Source: Felis catus
Lineage: Eukaryota
Reading direction: 5' to 3'
DNA length: 64,000 nt
Assembly (NCBI RefSeq): GCF_018350175.1
Contig: NC_058368.1
Coordinates: 5,146,001-5,210,000, forward strand
In this document: piece by piece, positions 48,512 to 62,970 of the stretch
Numbering within the stretch: the stretch's first letter is position 1
Layout of the letters: every line of letters begins with the position of its first letter
Made by a program: the position numbers and the translations under genes
The notes under the pieces: generated by a model
Seen by the model: only the letters and a program-made list of their open reading frames with translations
Told to the model about the DNA's origin: nothing
The model's database searches: none

Positions 48512-50041
48512 CTGACGAGGGAAGAGTCTGGGCTTCCACGGCCGGCAGACTTGAGGTTGAGGTCCCACACTCCGGTCACGAGATCTTGGGAAGTCTATGA
48601 AACCTTTCGGACTTAGTGCCTCGACTTATAAAACGTGAATACGATCTCACAATCATTGAGAGCAACTAGATGCACGGCACCTAGCGTTCAATAGTTACTC
48701 CATAAGTAACTGCTTTTATTGTTTTGGTTATTGTCAGTTGAGTGAGTGAATAGTTGAGTGAGTGAATGGTGTAGTTGTCACGACCTTGTAAGTACACCTT
48801 AATAATAGATGAGAAAGATTCTAGTGGACAGTTTTGGTTTTCTGGGTCTCCTTTCTAGGCTGCAGAGGGGTGGGCTTGACCTCTGCAGTGTGGTTAGGCT
48901 GAGAGATGGGGCCAGTCTAGGGGGAGGGGAGCTGGGAGCTCCTTAGAAATCAGTGGTGGTGCGGGGAGGTTGGCCTCAGGCAGACATCGGACATCGACAA
49001 GGGTGTTGCTTTCAGATAAGTCTTCTAGCCAACGGTTTGCTCTGTGTGGTTTTGGGGATTTGTGTTTTATGTTACCATAGAAAACAAAGCCCTTGTCTCC
49101 CCCTCCCCCCAAAAAAAGAAAGAAAGGAAGAAAGAAAAGAAAAGAAAAAGGAAGAAAACCAAAAACTAACACAAAAGGAGACTTCAAGTCTAATCCCCTG
49201 AACCCTCCCGAGCCTGAGGGGGAGACCCCGTCAGAAGAGGCAGATAAGCAGAAAACAGGAGGTTGCAGAGACCAGTTACTGGCCAGGTTGATGACACAGG
49301 AAAGATCCAGGCTTCACAGGCTTGATATGCCCTTGGGCCACCTCTCAGTAGACCACTGGTCCCTCCACACTCTGTATCCACTCCCAGTGGAGTCCCTCCA
49401 CGCTCCCAGTGGCCAGTTACCCAAGCCAGAGATCTTGTCTCCAGCCTGAGGGGATCTCTCTTTTAGAAGAGGGCCATGGGTCCCACTTGTCATCCTTACC
49501 CGTGGCTCTGTGGCTTCTGTCTTGGCCTGGACATCTAGTAATGACCCCAGATGGCCTGTGACCACGAGGGTGCTCATAGATGCATTAATGGCTTCGGGTT
49601 TGTACTAACTTTATCTTGGTGTTTTTAACACGGACTGTGTAGTTGCAAAGCCTGACGCTATGAGTCTGCATGTCCTTTCCTTTCCACTTTCAGACCAGGC
49701 GACTGAGAGAAAAGCTTGTGTGTTTCTTACAGGACCTTACTGAAGCCACTAGAGGACTCCAACACCACCAATACCTGGATACTTTTTTCTCAAGTCCTCT
49801 GGGGGTAGCAGAGATCCAGAGATGCACAGGGACCTTTGAGCCCGCTGGCTTTGCTGCCATCGAATGATAATTGCAATGGCCCAACTGGGCTTGGTTGGGC
49901 GGGGCGGGGGGGGGGGGTGGACCTCATTGCTTCTCGCCCACCTTGAGTCAGCTCCTTTCACACTTTAGGACTCGCGACTTGGACTGTCCCACTTCTGGGA
50001 ATCAGTTTCTCTCTTCATTGGTATTCACGGTGTCTTCATTG

Positions 50042-50555
50042 GTGTTCATTCATCAGCTTGGGCTGCTATAACAAAATTTCATACATTGGGAGGATTAAAC
50101 AGCAGACATGCACGCATTTGTCTCAGTTCCGGAAGCTGAGGAGCCCAAGATCAAGGTGTTGACCGGTTTGGTCCTCCACTGAGGGCCTGCTTCCTGACTT
50201 ACAGCCATCCATCTTCTTGCTGGGCCTTTACATTTTGGAGAGAGAGAGAGAGCTCTAGTATCTTTTCCTCTTTTTTTGTTTTTTTGAGTTTATTTGCTTA
50301 AGTAATCTCTATGCCCAACATGGTGGTCGAACTCACAACCCTGAGATCAAGAGCCACAGGCTCTACTGTCTGAGCCAGCCAGGTGCCCCTCCCTTCCTCT
50401 TCTTATAAGGATACTAATCCCATCATGGAGGCAGCCATCCTCTGGACATCCTTAAACCTAATCACCTCCCATAAGTCCCACCTCCAAATACCATCATAAT
50501 GGAGGGTAGGGCCTAAAGACAGGAACATTGCGGGGCACAAACTCTGTCCATAACA
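50042..50555 (-). mobile_element. MLT1A-type LTR with short Can-SINE inside (50270-50388)
   Basis: gggctgctataacaaaat...ccaagatcaaggtg...gtccataaca. Confidence 0.85.
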
Positions 50556-52239
50556 ATGGGGATCTTTCATATAATCTCCTGGAATTTTCCTTTATAATTG
50601 GTCATTATACTTCCATGTGCATGATTTTCTGATTGTCACCACCACAGGCCACGGGTCCGTGAGGACAGCCTGTGTCCCCTCTGACTCAGTGTTGTGTCCC
50701 TGGTGCTTGTTATGTAGTAGATACTCGATAAACGTTGTTGAATGAATGCCGGGGGCTGAAAAAATACAAATTTGAATGCGACTTGGTTCCTGTTCTTGAG
50801 GAACTCGGGAGAGGACGGAGATCTTTATAGAATATTTTCCATACCACGTGATAGATTTTATTAAAAGATATGTGTGATGTTGAGAGGCGACAGGGAAGAG
50901 AAGAGTGTCCGTGCCCCGGGGTGGGAGAGATCAAGAAAACTTCACAAGAGGAAGTGATGCTCTTATAAAGTGTCCTTATGTAACTGAAGTGATGAATGTG
51001 AAATGAAATAAGGCCGGGGACAGACGTCATAAACCAGGCTTTGTGCGTTTGTATAACTATGTGTGATCAGGTTATTACTGTTTTCGGCCTTTACCTCTGC
51101 TTGAAAAGTTTGCTGCAATTCACAGCGGTGATCCCCAAATGCCAATTTGTGGACTGGCTGAGGCACAGTCCCGGGACACGGAACCTGGGTGCCTGATTTA
51201 CACTTTGAACCAGCTCCCCAGCGTATCTGACATACCACGGAGAATGGGGACCACTGATGGGAGCTGTGGCTCTCAAGCCGAAGCAAGTACCAGAGTTCTC
51301 TTGCTTCAAGCTGTTCTTTATTTAGCGATGAATACAGTTTAGGCTGGATTGTGATGGACAGACATGAATGCTTTCTGGCTGGGGATGGGGTGAGGGCAAA
51401 GGCATATCAGCCGCAAGCTGGCCTCGTGGCCACCAGGCCACTGTGTTTGAGGATCAGGGTGTCTTTCTGCGTGGGCGAAAGAACAGGACTGATTTAAAGG
51501 TGCCCTTTAAAAATAGCTCCTCTGCTACCCTGGTTGGCCATGGTGCTAGGCCCTGGGTCGGCCGCCCAGCAGGCATATGACTTACTGGTCTAACCTCTTT
51601 CGTTGCCTTTCAGGAGGGAGTAGCTGAGTCAGGCTGGGCACCAATTAAAAGGACTGTAGAGGGGCTTCCTTGGTGAGATGGTTCTTTTTCTGTGGAGTGG
51701 TCCACCTTGGCTGGTAATACTGGGTTAGAAGACACTGGTTGAACCCAGCTGTGAGAGTAGAGCATCGATTGTGCTGGAGAATATATGGGGGAGAAAGTAT
51801 CTCTAAACACAATTCAGACGGCCTTGTAAATTTTATATCTACCTTTGCCGGGAACTCACTGGGTGACCTTGAAAAGGTTTCCACCTCCTCTGCGTCCAGA
51901 CTTTTCACTCGGACCAGGCTTCTGCCCGGGGAGATTGGGAGCCACCTCTGTCTGTGTGGCAACCACATTTCCCCCCAACCTGAGGGAACACGCGGTCTGG
52001 AAATATTTTTTTCTGACCTGTTTCTTTTTAATCGAAACTTGTCTACTAATTTGGTTCCTTTGGTAGCAGTTGCATGGAAGTTTGGGGGTTCGCAAGAGTG
52101 GAGAGCTTGAAGTTGAGAATGTCCAAGGAGATCTGATGGCAGGGTTGCTCTAACCTAATGAAAGTTACCAGTTGGCTGTATTTATCACGGGTAAGACACC
52201 TCCTAAAAGCATAAGGGCTGGAGGGGGGCTGCTGCAAGG

Positions 52240-53790
52240 AATCCATTCATTCATTTATTCATCCCTCTATTTGGATGTTTACTGGTTACTTGCAATGTGC
52301 TAGGCGCTGAATTAGGTGCCGGGGATATCCAATGGAGGATGTAAACTTCTGGCCCCGTGGAAGACAGACAGGTGGACAGGCTCTTCCGGAGCAGTGGGTG
52401 AGTGCGAGAGCGGGGAAGGTAGAGGGAGCACATGTGAAAATCACCCACCCAGACCTGGCGGCCAGAGAAGGGTTCCAGGAGGACGCAGTGTCTGAGACTG
52501 AATGAGGACCGAGTCATGCCTGGGAGGGGGCTGGGGCTGCCGGGAGTGCTCAGGGCCAAGGGGACAGTGTGAGCAGGAGCTGAGAGAGGACTAAAGCCTG
52601 CGAGGAGGGGTGCTCCAGGCTGGCTGGTACTCGAGAGGGAAGACAGAATCGGCTGGAAGGCCTGGCCTCGTTACACATTTTGACTCTTCATCGACAAGGC
52701 GACGGAGAGCCCTCGGAAGGATCTTGAAGGGCCGCAGTGAGATCTGCACTAGAGAATTCTGCCCCTGGTTTCACTGTGGAGAGCGGCTTGGAGGTGGGAG
52801 CGGTTAAGGAAGAAGCAACGGGAGGGCCATGGGGGTGAACCCGGGAGAGTGGCCGTGCGGGTGGAAGGAGGCAGATCGCATGTGAGAAACTTGTTGGAAG
52901 GCGGGCCGAGGGAGAAAGAAGGGTAAGCTCCCTGCCGGGGCAGCTGGGTGGCTGAGGAATATGGAAGGAGAGAGAGAGAGAAGTGCTTTTATTCCTTGGC
53001 CGTGTTGGTTCGAAGTGGCTACAGGACGATGCAGAGCAGGTGTCTCCTGGGTGGTTGGATCTGTGGGTGTGGCCCGTGGACATGAGAGATTCGAGGCATT
53101 GACTGGTGCTCCTGGGACCTGATGCTTCAGCGAAAGATGAGGAGGCAAAGGAAGGTGACAGAAATGTGTCCCGAACAGAACTTTCCTGAACGTCCCCATG
53201 GAAGGGACAGGCAGGGGAGGAGAAAGCTAGAAGTGCTGTGGAGAAGCGGCCAGGGAAGTTGGAGGACACCGGAGGCGGGAGGGGCGTGCTCCAGACGGAG
53301 AGTGGCCAGCAGGGCTGAGCGTGCCAGGGCCCCAGGAAGGCGAAGGCTGCAAAAGTTGGATTCAGCAGCAGGACGTGTGGAGACCCTGAGGGGAGCAGCT
53401 GGGTGGAGGGCCGGGGACAGAAGCCCGAGAGCAGCGTCCGAGAGGACAGGGATAGGGGAGAAGCCCACGGGCAAGTGTAGACGGTGCTTTCAAAAAACTC
53501 ATCTTTGGGGCGCCTGGGTGGCTCAGTCGGTTGAGCGTCCGACTTCGGCGCGGGTCACGATCTCGCGGTCCGGGAGTTCGAGCCCCGCATCAGGCTCTGT
53601 GCTGACGGCTCGGAGCCCGGAGCCTGTTTGGGATTCTGTGTCTCCCTCTCTCTCTGCTCCTCCCCGACTCATACTCTCTCTCTCCAAAAAAACAAACCTT
53701 AAAAAAAAAAACTAAAAAAAAAAAAAAAAAAAAGCTCATCTTCAAGGGAGGGATGAGAAGAAGCTGTTGAAAGATGAGAGAAAGTACAGA
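52240..53790 (-). mobile_element. LINE-2 3' region
   Basis: (ATTC)n end then a long purine-rich antisense L2 body. Confidence 0.7.
53507..53730 (+). mobile_element. Can-SINE
   Basis: TSD aaaa(a/g)ctcatctt. Confidence 0.93.
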
Positions 53791-54406
53791 AAATGGAGAC
53801 TGGAAGAGGAATGCTACCTGTCACATCGGGACCAGCCCTGCCCTTGGGGGCTGAATTAAAGCTCGAATTCATGGACATTATTGGGAAGACCCACCTGCCT
53901 CAGTCAGCTGTCCTTCCGCCCAGCTCTGCCTTCTTCCAGATGGTGCCCTCAGCTCAGGCCTCCAGCAGCCTGCACTCTCTGCTTCCCGTCCCTGCATGCA
54001 CTGGGCTTCTGGGCGGCTCCCCCAGGCCCCTCAGGATCTGAGTGGGACCCTTAGCACCCAGGCGCTGCCCGGGCTCGTCACCCTGCACGCCAACAGATAA
54101 GGCTGGTTGAGGCCCACACCTTCTGGATTGTGAGTTTTGAATAAATGCACAGAATCCTAAACATCACATATTACAAACAAACTCGGGATGTGGTGTTCCG
54201 TGCAGTGTTTCATTGTGGTTTTTAGGCTGGGCAGTCAGTTACTGGTACTTCCAAGTGTGCATTCTGGGTGGGGAATGTTCTGGGGAAACCATAGAAAAGG
54301 TGTGTTACCCACAGGTACACAGCCTTCCCTCCTTCCCTTTAGCTATGCTTTGATTCCCCTGCCCCTGCCTTCTCTCATCCTGGCTCCTGGCCTGTTGGAT
54401 CGCGAC

Positions 54407-54690
54407 TCATTCATTCATTCATTCATTCATTCATTCACTCTCTCCGTCCACAGAAATATGTTGAGGATCTGTGTGCCTGGCTGTGATTGGCACTAAGGAG
54501 TCAAAGGTGAACAAAATGGGATTTTTTGCCCTGTGAGGGCGATGTGACAAACGCTCCCACACGACCAGGCACACACCCTGCAGTGGGAACTGCACAGAAG
54601 GCAAGGGAATGTACCAAGGGCAGTGCCGGCCTCCCGGAGGAGGCGGCATTTGAGTCTAGCTTGGAGACGAGAGTTGGATGTTACCAGGTG
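54407..54690 (-). mobile_element. LINE-2 3' end with (TTCA)n
   Basis: (ttca)7 followed by aaatatgttgaggatctgtgtgcctgg. Confidence 0.65.
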
Positions 54691-56593
54691 GCTCAAGCTG
54701 AGCCTATACTTGGAATCCCCTTGTGCCTCTCTCGAACCCGTCTCCCTGCTCTGCACCCACCCCATCCTTGGAGGGTCAGATTCTGGGTTAAGGAATCTTA
54801 AGGGTTGAGGAGCCAGGATCATCACCCTTCCTCGGAAACGTCTATGTCTTTCTTCCAGGTAACATATTTCAATTTTAACAGCCATTGTATGGCTAATGCA
54901 TCCCCCCGAGCAGTGGCTGTCACAGGGTGTGTGTTCCCGGCTGCTATCTTGTTGTGCCTCTCACAAGGTCATGCCACCTGCTTGATTGGTTGCAGCCCGT
55001 TACCACCGCTGCCAGATTGTCGGCAAAGCGATGGCCATGTTGAGAAGGGACACTCGGCAGGCAGCGGGGATCTGTGAGGGACCTTAAGAGCACCGTGACT
55101 GGGTCGAATTCACAAGCATAGAAAAATATCTCAAGGGTCATGCTGATATTCTCAGTATCAACGCCAAATTTCGCTAGAGCAGGTCTTCTATCTTTAAAGC
55201 TAATTACACTGGGGAAGTTGATAGCCCCAGCAGGTAATTGATGCTCTGTAGTCCTGACAGTATGATACAGTTGGTTTTGTTTTTGTTTTTTGTTTTTTTT
55301 TTGGTGATATAATTTAAAGAATAATTTACAGAGAAAACAAAACCTGGGCATTCTTTCCGAGAGGCCTTCTTCAGATAAAGAGGAAGAATGTCTTTGAATT
55401 CTGATATAAAGTTTTGTTTCTAGACTGTATTGCAGACAAATTAGTCTCGGTGGGATGGGAAACCAAGTTTTGCAAAGGATGGGGTGTACGTGAGCCTTCG
55501 AAGGTTCCAGCATACAGCACGGCTGATGATAAACATTTGTCAAGTAATGAGAGAACAAGTGAAGGGGGTTTCCCTTTGATTGCAGGGGTCAGGCTGCCCT
55601 GAAGGCTGACGGTTACTATAACCACAGCGGTTTTCTGCTTTTGAATTAAGGCCGGGAACGCCCTCTCCAGTTAGGACCTACAGAAGTACAATCAATGAAC
55701 AGCAGCTGCTGCTGGTTTCCTCCTTCTTCAAAGCTAATTATTCCCATCTTAGGACTTGGCAAAATCTGTCTTTACGGGGAGGCTTAGTTATGTTCGCCAC
55801 CCGGAACTCTCTGGAAATCATACATTCTCAAGTAATTGCGGGACACCCTCTGGTGAGCAATCCAAGGTATCTTTACTCTCCACGCACAGACGCAGTTCTG
55901 GCTCCTTCTTGTAGGTCTTATTTGCCTGGTTGCACCCTGGTGGTTCAGGACCGGGTCCCTATGCAAGGAGGCATCGTTCTCCTTCCCGAGGAGCTCTGGG
56001 GAGCCCTGAGGTCCGGACAAGGCTGATACGATCAGGTGGAAGGTGTGGGTAGAGGAGATGCTGTGGTTCATCTCCTCATTCTTTCGGATCCAAGGTCCCC
56101 TATGAAATGTCAACACCCGGGAAAGACTCAGTCCCCATTTGGCAGAGCTGATCGACTTGAGAGGACCGTGTGAGAAGGAGGTGCTGATGATACGTGGGCT
56201 GCAAGGAAGGAGGGAAGCCGTGCCCTCTGGGGCAGGCCAGAGAGACAGGTGAGCCCCATGGCTTTGCTTCATTCCCACCCTGCACCCGGACGCTTGAGGG
56301 AGGAGGTGAGTTGACTTTTATGCACCTTGTGAAGACCCTTATTCATTAAGCGTTAAAAATCCACTGAACATGGAAGCAAATTTGTAAAGCCAAACTCTTC
56401 GTAATTATGTGTATTTTGGAAAATGCGTTAGAATTCATGACGGTAATACCGAAATGTCATCTGAATCGGAAGCTTGTGTTCCAAATATCCAGTGAAGGTA
56501 GAAGGAGTAAGAAAAGAGGTGTCTTCACTGTCACCTTTGCCTCATATTGAGGTCTAGGGAAATGGGTGTGGGATTAGAAAATGGGGATGGTTT

Positions 56594-56803
56594 GGGGCAC
56601 CTGGGTGGCTCAGTCGGTTGAGCATCCGACTTCGGCGCAGGTCACCATCTCGCAGTTGACCGAGTTCAACCCCCGTGTCGGGCTCTGTGCTGATGGCTCA
56701 GAACCTGGAGCCTGTTTCAGATTCTGTGTCTCCCTCTCTCTCTGCCCCTCCCCTGCTCATGCTGTCTCTCTCTCTCTCTCTCAAAAATAAACATTTAAAA
56801 AAA
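56594..56803 (+). mobile_element. Can-SINE
   Basis: Full body, degenerate TSD aaaatgggga. Confidence 0.92.
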
Positions 56804-57374
56804 AATTGGGGACTGTTTGATCCAGAGGAGGAGGATACAAGGGCATTAAGAGGAAAAGGATCAGCTCTTGAAATGTCACAGTAGGGAAACAACCAAAAGG
56901 CCCACAAGAAAGTGGATTAAAATCGAAGAGAATGTTTGCCATTAGGGAGAGCTTCCTGCCTGTGCTACATTGTGAGGTTAGATTGGGCTTTTCAAGTAAG
57001 CCCATCGTCTCTCCTTCTGTGAATAATTTGAATATATCGGGTAGAAGGCATCACACCGGGCTGTGCGGCCACCTAGGCGTGTAAGACAGGGTCTCTGGCC
57101 TGGGGGAAGCACAAAGGGGCGTGGTGTGGAATGGCTTGAGTTGAGGGGCATAGACTGGGTCATCTCTCAATACCATTCACTGGAGAGAAGGAAGTACTCA
57201 TACAGCACTTTTCAAAAACCAGTATGGCAAGGAATACTTTGGCTCCGAGGTTTGTAACTGGCCTGGCTTCTGTTAATTAGTCTCCGTTCCTCCAGGTGTC
57301 TCCATAACCTTTCCCAGTGTTCTCTGGGCTTTGGATCTGGCCCTGATCGCCCTTCTCTCTCTCTCTCTCTCTCC

Positions 57375-57850
57375 TTTGTTTTTCAAGTTCACAACAAAAT
57401 TGGTTGAAGTATAGAGTTCCTTAATCCCGCCCCCTCACTCTCCCCCACCGTCAACCTCTTGCACCAGAGTGGTACCCAGCAGTGACACATCAGTACTGGC
57501 CAAAGTCCATGGGTTACATGAGGGTTCTGTCTTGTCGATGTGCATTCTGTGGGTTTTGACAAATGTATAGTGACGGGTCTACCATTATGGTATCACATGG
57601 GATAGTGTTACGGCTCTAACATTCCTCCATATGCTGCTTACTCATCGCTCCCTCTCCCTAACCCCTGGCACCCACCGATCTTTTTATTCTCTCCAGTTTC
57701 ACCTTTTCCAGAATGCTGTATGCTTGGAGCCATGTACGGTATGCAGCCTTTTCTGATTGGGTTCTTTTACTTAGTGGTATGCACGTAAGGTTCCTCCCTG
57801 TCTTTTCGGGGCTTGATAGCCCATTTCTTCTTAGTGCTGAAGAGTATCCC
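57375..57850 (-). mobile_element. Old L1 3' end
   Basis: caaagtccatgggttacatgagggtt...gggttttgacaaatgtata. Confidence 0.8.
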
Positions 57851-58013
57851 AGCCTCTTTCTCAGGCCCCTCTGAGCTCCCCTCAGGCCGCCTCCCAGGCA
57901 CAGAGATAGCAGTAGAGGAGATAGGGATGTCTAGAGGGTCAGTGTCTTCTGGACCCTGAATTTGAGAGTCGCTCCTGGAGAAAAGAAAAATCCCTTTAAA
58001 GATCCATGCCTTT

Positions 58014-58227
58014 GGGGCGCCTGAGTGGCGCAGTCGGTTAAGCGTCCGACTTCAGCCAGGTCACGATCTCGCGGCCCGGGAGTTTGAGCCCCGCATCAGG
58101 CTCTGGGCTGATGGCTCAGAGCCTGGAGCCTGTTTCTGATTCTGTGTCTCCCTTTCTCTCTGCCCCTCCCCCGTTCATGCTCTGTCTCTCTCTGTCCCCC
58201 AAAAAATAAATAAACGTTGAAAAAAAA
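58014..58227 (+). mobile_element. Young Can-SINE
   Basis: TSD aaagatccatgccttt. Confidence 0.95.
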
Positions 58228-61200
58228 AAAGATCCATGCCTTTGTGAAATTTATGAATTTTTTGAATCCTCTTTGGATGCGGAGATGAATTCCTCGTTAA
58301 CGGTAGGACCGTATCATCCTACCTTTGTAGCAATCGGGGGCCGTTCGCTAGTTTCAGGCTCTGAGCACCCAGGAGCAGGATGACTGGAACTCATTCCCAC
58401 TCTTGCCTCCCCCCACCCCCCGCAGACTCCTCCCTGCCCGGCCCTGCTTTCTGTGTTGGCTGCTAAGGTCTGCCTGTGGCCGGCAGGCTGCTGCTGTCGG
58501 GCACCGCACAGTGGCCTCGGTTCTGGGACATGAGCTGTCCCATCAGATGAAGGGGGCTGGCCTGGATGCAGACCGCCTTTGTTGTCACACAGTTGTTGGG
58601 ATCTGCCTAATTCATTGAGGTGGAGCTGGTATCTCTTGTGGCCAAAGACAACACTCCCGCTGGAATGAGAGAGGGCCCTCTTTTCCTCTGGAGTTGAAAC
58701 GTTTGATCGGGTTCCCAGAATAAGTTGGCCCTGCCCTCTGGGGTTCCGGTGCGACAGGATAGGGGGCCATGGAGATGCCTGCTGTGAAGATCCTGTTTCT
58801 TGTGTGTTAATCTTGTGGAAAGACATTTTTCCCCCCAGTGTGCACCCAGTGGATATTTACTGGTGACTAGGTTTGTAGGAGAGCAGAGTAAAAATTCTCA
58901 AAGTATACTGTTAGGGTCTTATTAATGAGTTCTGTTTATGGATTAGGCATATACTAAGCCATTGCCTTAAACTCTTGTCTCTCCCAAAATAATCTTGGCC
59001 TTATTTTCAAAGACCGTCTAATGAGGAAATCCTCCTGTCTCTTAATGCTTTGGGACAGCCCTCATGGTGCCTTGATTTGATAGTTGAAGGAAACTAATTG
59101 CACATCTAAGAATTTTAATTTCTGATTATAGATGCAGAACGATACTGTGATTCTCCTGGAGTGTTGCAAAAGGAACGGCTCAAATATAGAAATAATGGGC
59201 TTTTTGCACACATGCAAGGAATTATAACACTTGGAGGAAGAAAGCGTTGTTGTGTCGCCTGATTTTAGTACCTTCACTTACAGTTTGCAAAGTCACATAA
59301 CCGTCTCGTGGAATTGTTATTCAAAACCCTTTCTTCTTTACTTTTGTGTCCCCTGCCTGTGCTGGCATTTATGCCCTTTTCTATTTTGATCTTCCTGTAA
59401 AGCTCTCTTTTCTGAAAACGGTTTCTGGAAACATCACCACCGGCTAGACCAGCAGGCTGGCTTTCATCCCGTCTCTGCCATGATACGCTCTGTCTACTGA
59501 AATATTGACTTAAAGTCTGCAGGCTTAGTAATAATGTCTATTGTGTCTATTTACAGAAAAGGAATTTGCCACGGCTTCATTTCCTTTTGGGGAGGAAGGA
59601 GATGGGCACAGACATTTGTATATCACTCCCCGCGGGATCTTTATGAAGCATGACAAACGTAAAACAAACCGATAAGATCTTGGGCATCCAGGGCTCAAAA
59701 CCTAAGATTAAAAAAATCTAAAGACCAGGGCAAATAGCTAAGCTGAAATAGGAAGGAGATGGTAAAATCGATAGCCTGGAAGAGTAAAGGGAAAAAGCGA
59801 TTCAAGAGAACGATCGTGTTTTGTTTCAGGTTCTTGTAAGGATTATTCCTGACCTTCAAAAAGACAGAAAACACTAAGCCAGGCACCACGAAGCTTGGGT
59901 CAAATACGGTCCCGCCTTTGAATCAGCGATGATAACTGGGGAAAAAGATAGAAAAAAGTTGAAAAAAAATATTGACGTACAGCCATGAAACAGGATGGAC
60001 TGCCTTACCATCAGGAGGGACCATTGACAGCAGAAGTAATAGAATTTTCGTGTTGCGCTGACCCCTGGTTATTTTTTCAGCAAGTTGCAGAGGTTAGGGT
60101 ATTTTCTGACCCCAAATGGCCAAAGAGGCTGAGCCCGTTAGCATAGTGCTTCTCCAAAATAAATGAAACGTGAGGGGGGAGTCTTGTGCACGGCTCCCGC
60201 TGAAGCGATTTGGTTCACAAGACAACTAAAATACAGGCTATATTTTACGTAAGATACAGGCTACTTTGGAAACTGAAAACGCACCTCAGCAGGCTCAAGG
60301 GGTGTGGGGGGTACGCCTCCCACAGGCAGACGGCCGGCCCGTGGGGCAGGCACAGGTGCGGGTTGCGTGCAACTGCTCGGAACAGGAGGAAGGAGCACTG
60401 TGCGGAGTTCTGTGGGGAGCACTGCAGGGCTGTTTAATGATGGCGGCCGTCTACCTGACGATTCCCGCAAGACAGTTGGTGTGCCCAAAGCCCTCCTGAA
60501 AACAAAGATGTTGTTTACTATACAAAAGCTACAGTATAAGCCACAATATTCGGGGACTGGTGGCTAGAAGGATCTATTGAGCAATGCCCTTACTTCCCAC
60601 TGACACATGATTTGATTGTTCAGAGACCGTCTGCCTTCCACAGCCATAGGGCTGTGCTCAAAATGTATTAGGTGCCAAAGTAATCCAGTTAAGGGAAGCA
60701 AAGCTCCGAACCTCTTACTGTCCATATCCGCTCCTGGCCTGGTGGCTACTGGAGGGCTCCTTGAGGCCTTTGGACCTCAGCAAGAAACAGAGGTGGGCCA
60801 TTTCAGGTGCCGTGTATCAAGTTATATCAGCAAGGAGGCAGGGGCCTTGGGGAATGAAGCATCATAGACCCACAGGGGACCAGTTCAGCCAACTGGTCAC
60901 CCACTGGCCTGCCCTCTCTTGGACCCCACAGGGTTCGGGCAGGACACGCACGGGTGCAACCCATAATGCCAAACGGATCTGTTTCTGTTTGTTAATTCAG
61001 TATACCAAAACAAAAGTTAACTTTATGCTTGATTTTATGTGAAGCACTCTACTAAGTCAAGTAGTTGTAGTGAGAGTATCTTTTATACCTGCCGTCAGAC
61101 TTATTTTTCAAAAGATTTGCAACCTGATCGGTAATGTGATCATCTAACTTAAAAACTAAGTGAGTCTAGTTACTATTTCTGATTCTGATTTAAGCTCAAA

Positions 61201-61234
61201 TGTGGCATGGAGTTCAACCCACTTTCCTTTTTTC

Positions 61235-61444
61235 TTCTCTTCTTCTTTTTTTTTTTTTTTTTTAATGTTTATTTATTTTTGACAGGTGGGGGAGAGGGTC
61301 GGAGAGAGAGGGAGACACAGAATCCGAAGCAGGCTCCGGGCTCCGAGCACAGAGCACCATGCGGGGCTCAAACTCACGAACTGTAAGATCATGACCTGAG
61401 CCAAAGTCAGAAGCTTCACCGACTGAGCCACCCGGGTGCTCCCC
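61235..61444 (-). mobile_element. Can-SINE
   Basis: Poly-T then SINE body to gccacccgggtgctcccc. Confidence 0.9.
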
Positions 61445-61984
61445 GCTACCCCTGCGTCCGTTCCCCCCCACCTTTTTCATTTTTAATTGAGGAAATGGAG
61501 GCCAGAAGTGTTCTGTGACTGGTCCAAAGTCCGCAGTGGTTTAGAAGCTGAGCAGGACTGGAGTCAAGAACTTTCTCCTCCTTCACGAACCGAAGAACTG
61601 GTCACCATTTCAGAATAAAGGCTCTTCATTTCCTTGAAGCCTGCTCTATTTTTATTCCTCGATAACTCTGTTTTACTTTATTTACTTTATTACTTTATTT
61701 ACTTTATTTCTTAGGTTACTGCTGAGGTTTATCATTCTCCCGCAGGTTGACTGAAAATCTTGTAAAAATTGGTGGCTCGTTCTTGTTATTGAATGCGGTG
61801 ATGTGAGCAGGAGGGCAGGTCAGGGTCGGCCGTGTGGGGTGGTCACCATAGACAGCGGCACCACTGACAGTTACAGCCAGAGGAGCCTTGGTGGTCACTG
61901 AGCCTTTCACTTTCAAAGTGGGAAACTGAGACCCATAGGGGCCAAATAGCCTGTCAAAAATCAGAGCTGTGACTGGAACCTGAG

Positions 61985-62192
61985 ATGTGTGTGGGTGAAA
62001 GAGAGAGCGCGTGCGTGTGCATAAGTTGGGGAGGGGCAGAGGTGGGGGGAGAGTGAGGGAAAGAGAGAATCTTAAGCAGGCTCCGTGACCAGCTTGGAGT
62101 TTGACTCGGGGCTTGATCCCACACCCATGAGTTTATGACCTGAGCTGAAATCAAGAGTCAGACACTTAAGTGACCGAGCCACCCAGGTGCCC
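61985..62192 (-). mobile_element. Can-SINE (older) inside a MIR remnant
   Basis: gagaatcttaagcaggctcc...gagccacccaggtgccc. Confidence 0.85.
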
Positions 62193-62970
62193 TGGCACTA
62201 GAGACTCTTGATTCTGTGACTGTGTTGTCACAAGGACTATATTTCTAGACAGAAGTATCAATTGTATTAAACCACAGAGATAAATATAATCAGTTTTAGG
62301 AGATTAAGCGGTCTGGTCTTCGACCCAGGATGTAATGTGCAATGTCCTTACCGGTCCCTGGAATCAGCTTACGTATATGCCTCTTTTCCATGAATTGAGT
62401 GCTTCCATCTATCTAATTGAGGCTTCCTGCATATTAATAACCCTCGTTATAATATCGATTCCATGCCTCGGAACCACACGTGGCGCTGAATTTCATTGCC
62501 TGATTTGTGGTTAATTACCTAAATGTACATTTCGTTCTGAGCGTTGCCCTCGGTTCCTTTTTGGTCTCTCCCCCACTTTCGTGCCCCCCCCCCCCCACCA
62601 CCCAGCTGTTATGTCATCTCTTCATTTGTTCTTTTATCAGTTCCTGGTGGCACAGGGTTGTGTCAAGCGGGTGTGGAGCAAATAATTAACCAGGAGGGCA
62701 TACATGCTTGAAATTTGCCGGGGAAGAAGCAGAGGAGCATGGTGCCTTCACAGATCGAGGGGGTGCTAAAGACAGGTGGTTTCTGGGAAAACTGACGCCC
62801 TGAGCAAAGAGACTATGACAGCCATGAGAGTTGATAAGCTTTTTCATTAGATTCACATTTCTACCACCGTAGATCCCGTAGCACAGAATGTTGCTCACGT
62901 TCACATGCTTGCCTCTGAACATGATGAACTCATCGTAAGTCTCATGTGTGCATTAAATGGCACCCATCTC

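Noticed and set aside
61670..61714. (TTTACTTTA)-like tandem repeat ending in ttcttag, an acceptor-like site
   Set aside because: No convincing partner donor or coding frame; simple-repeat origin suffices.
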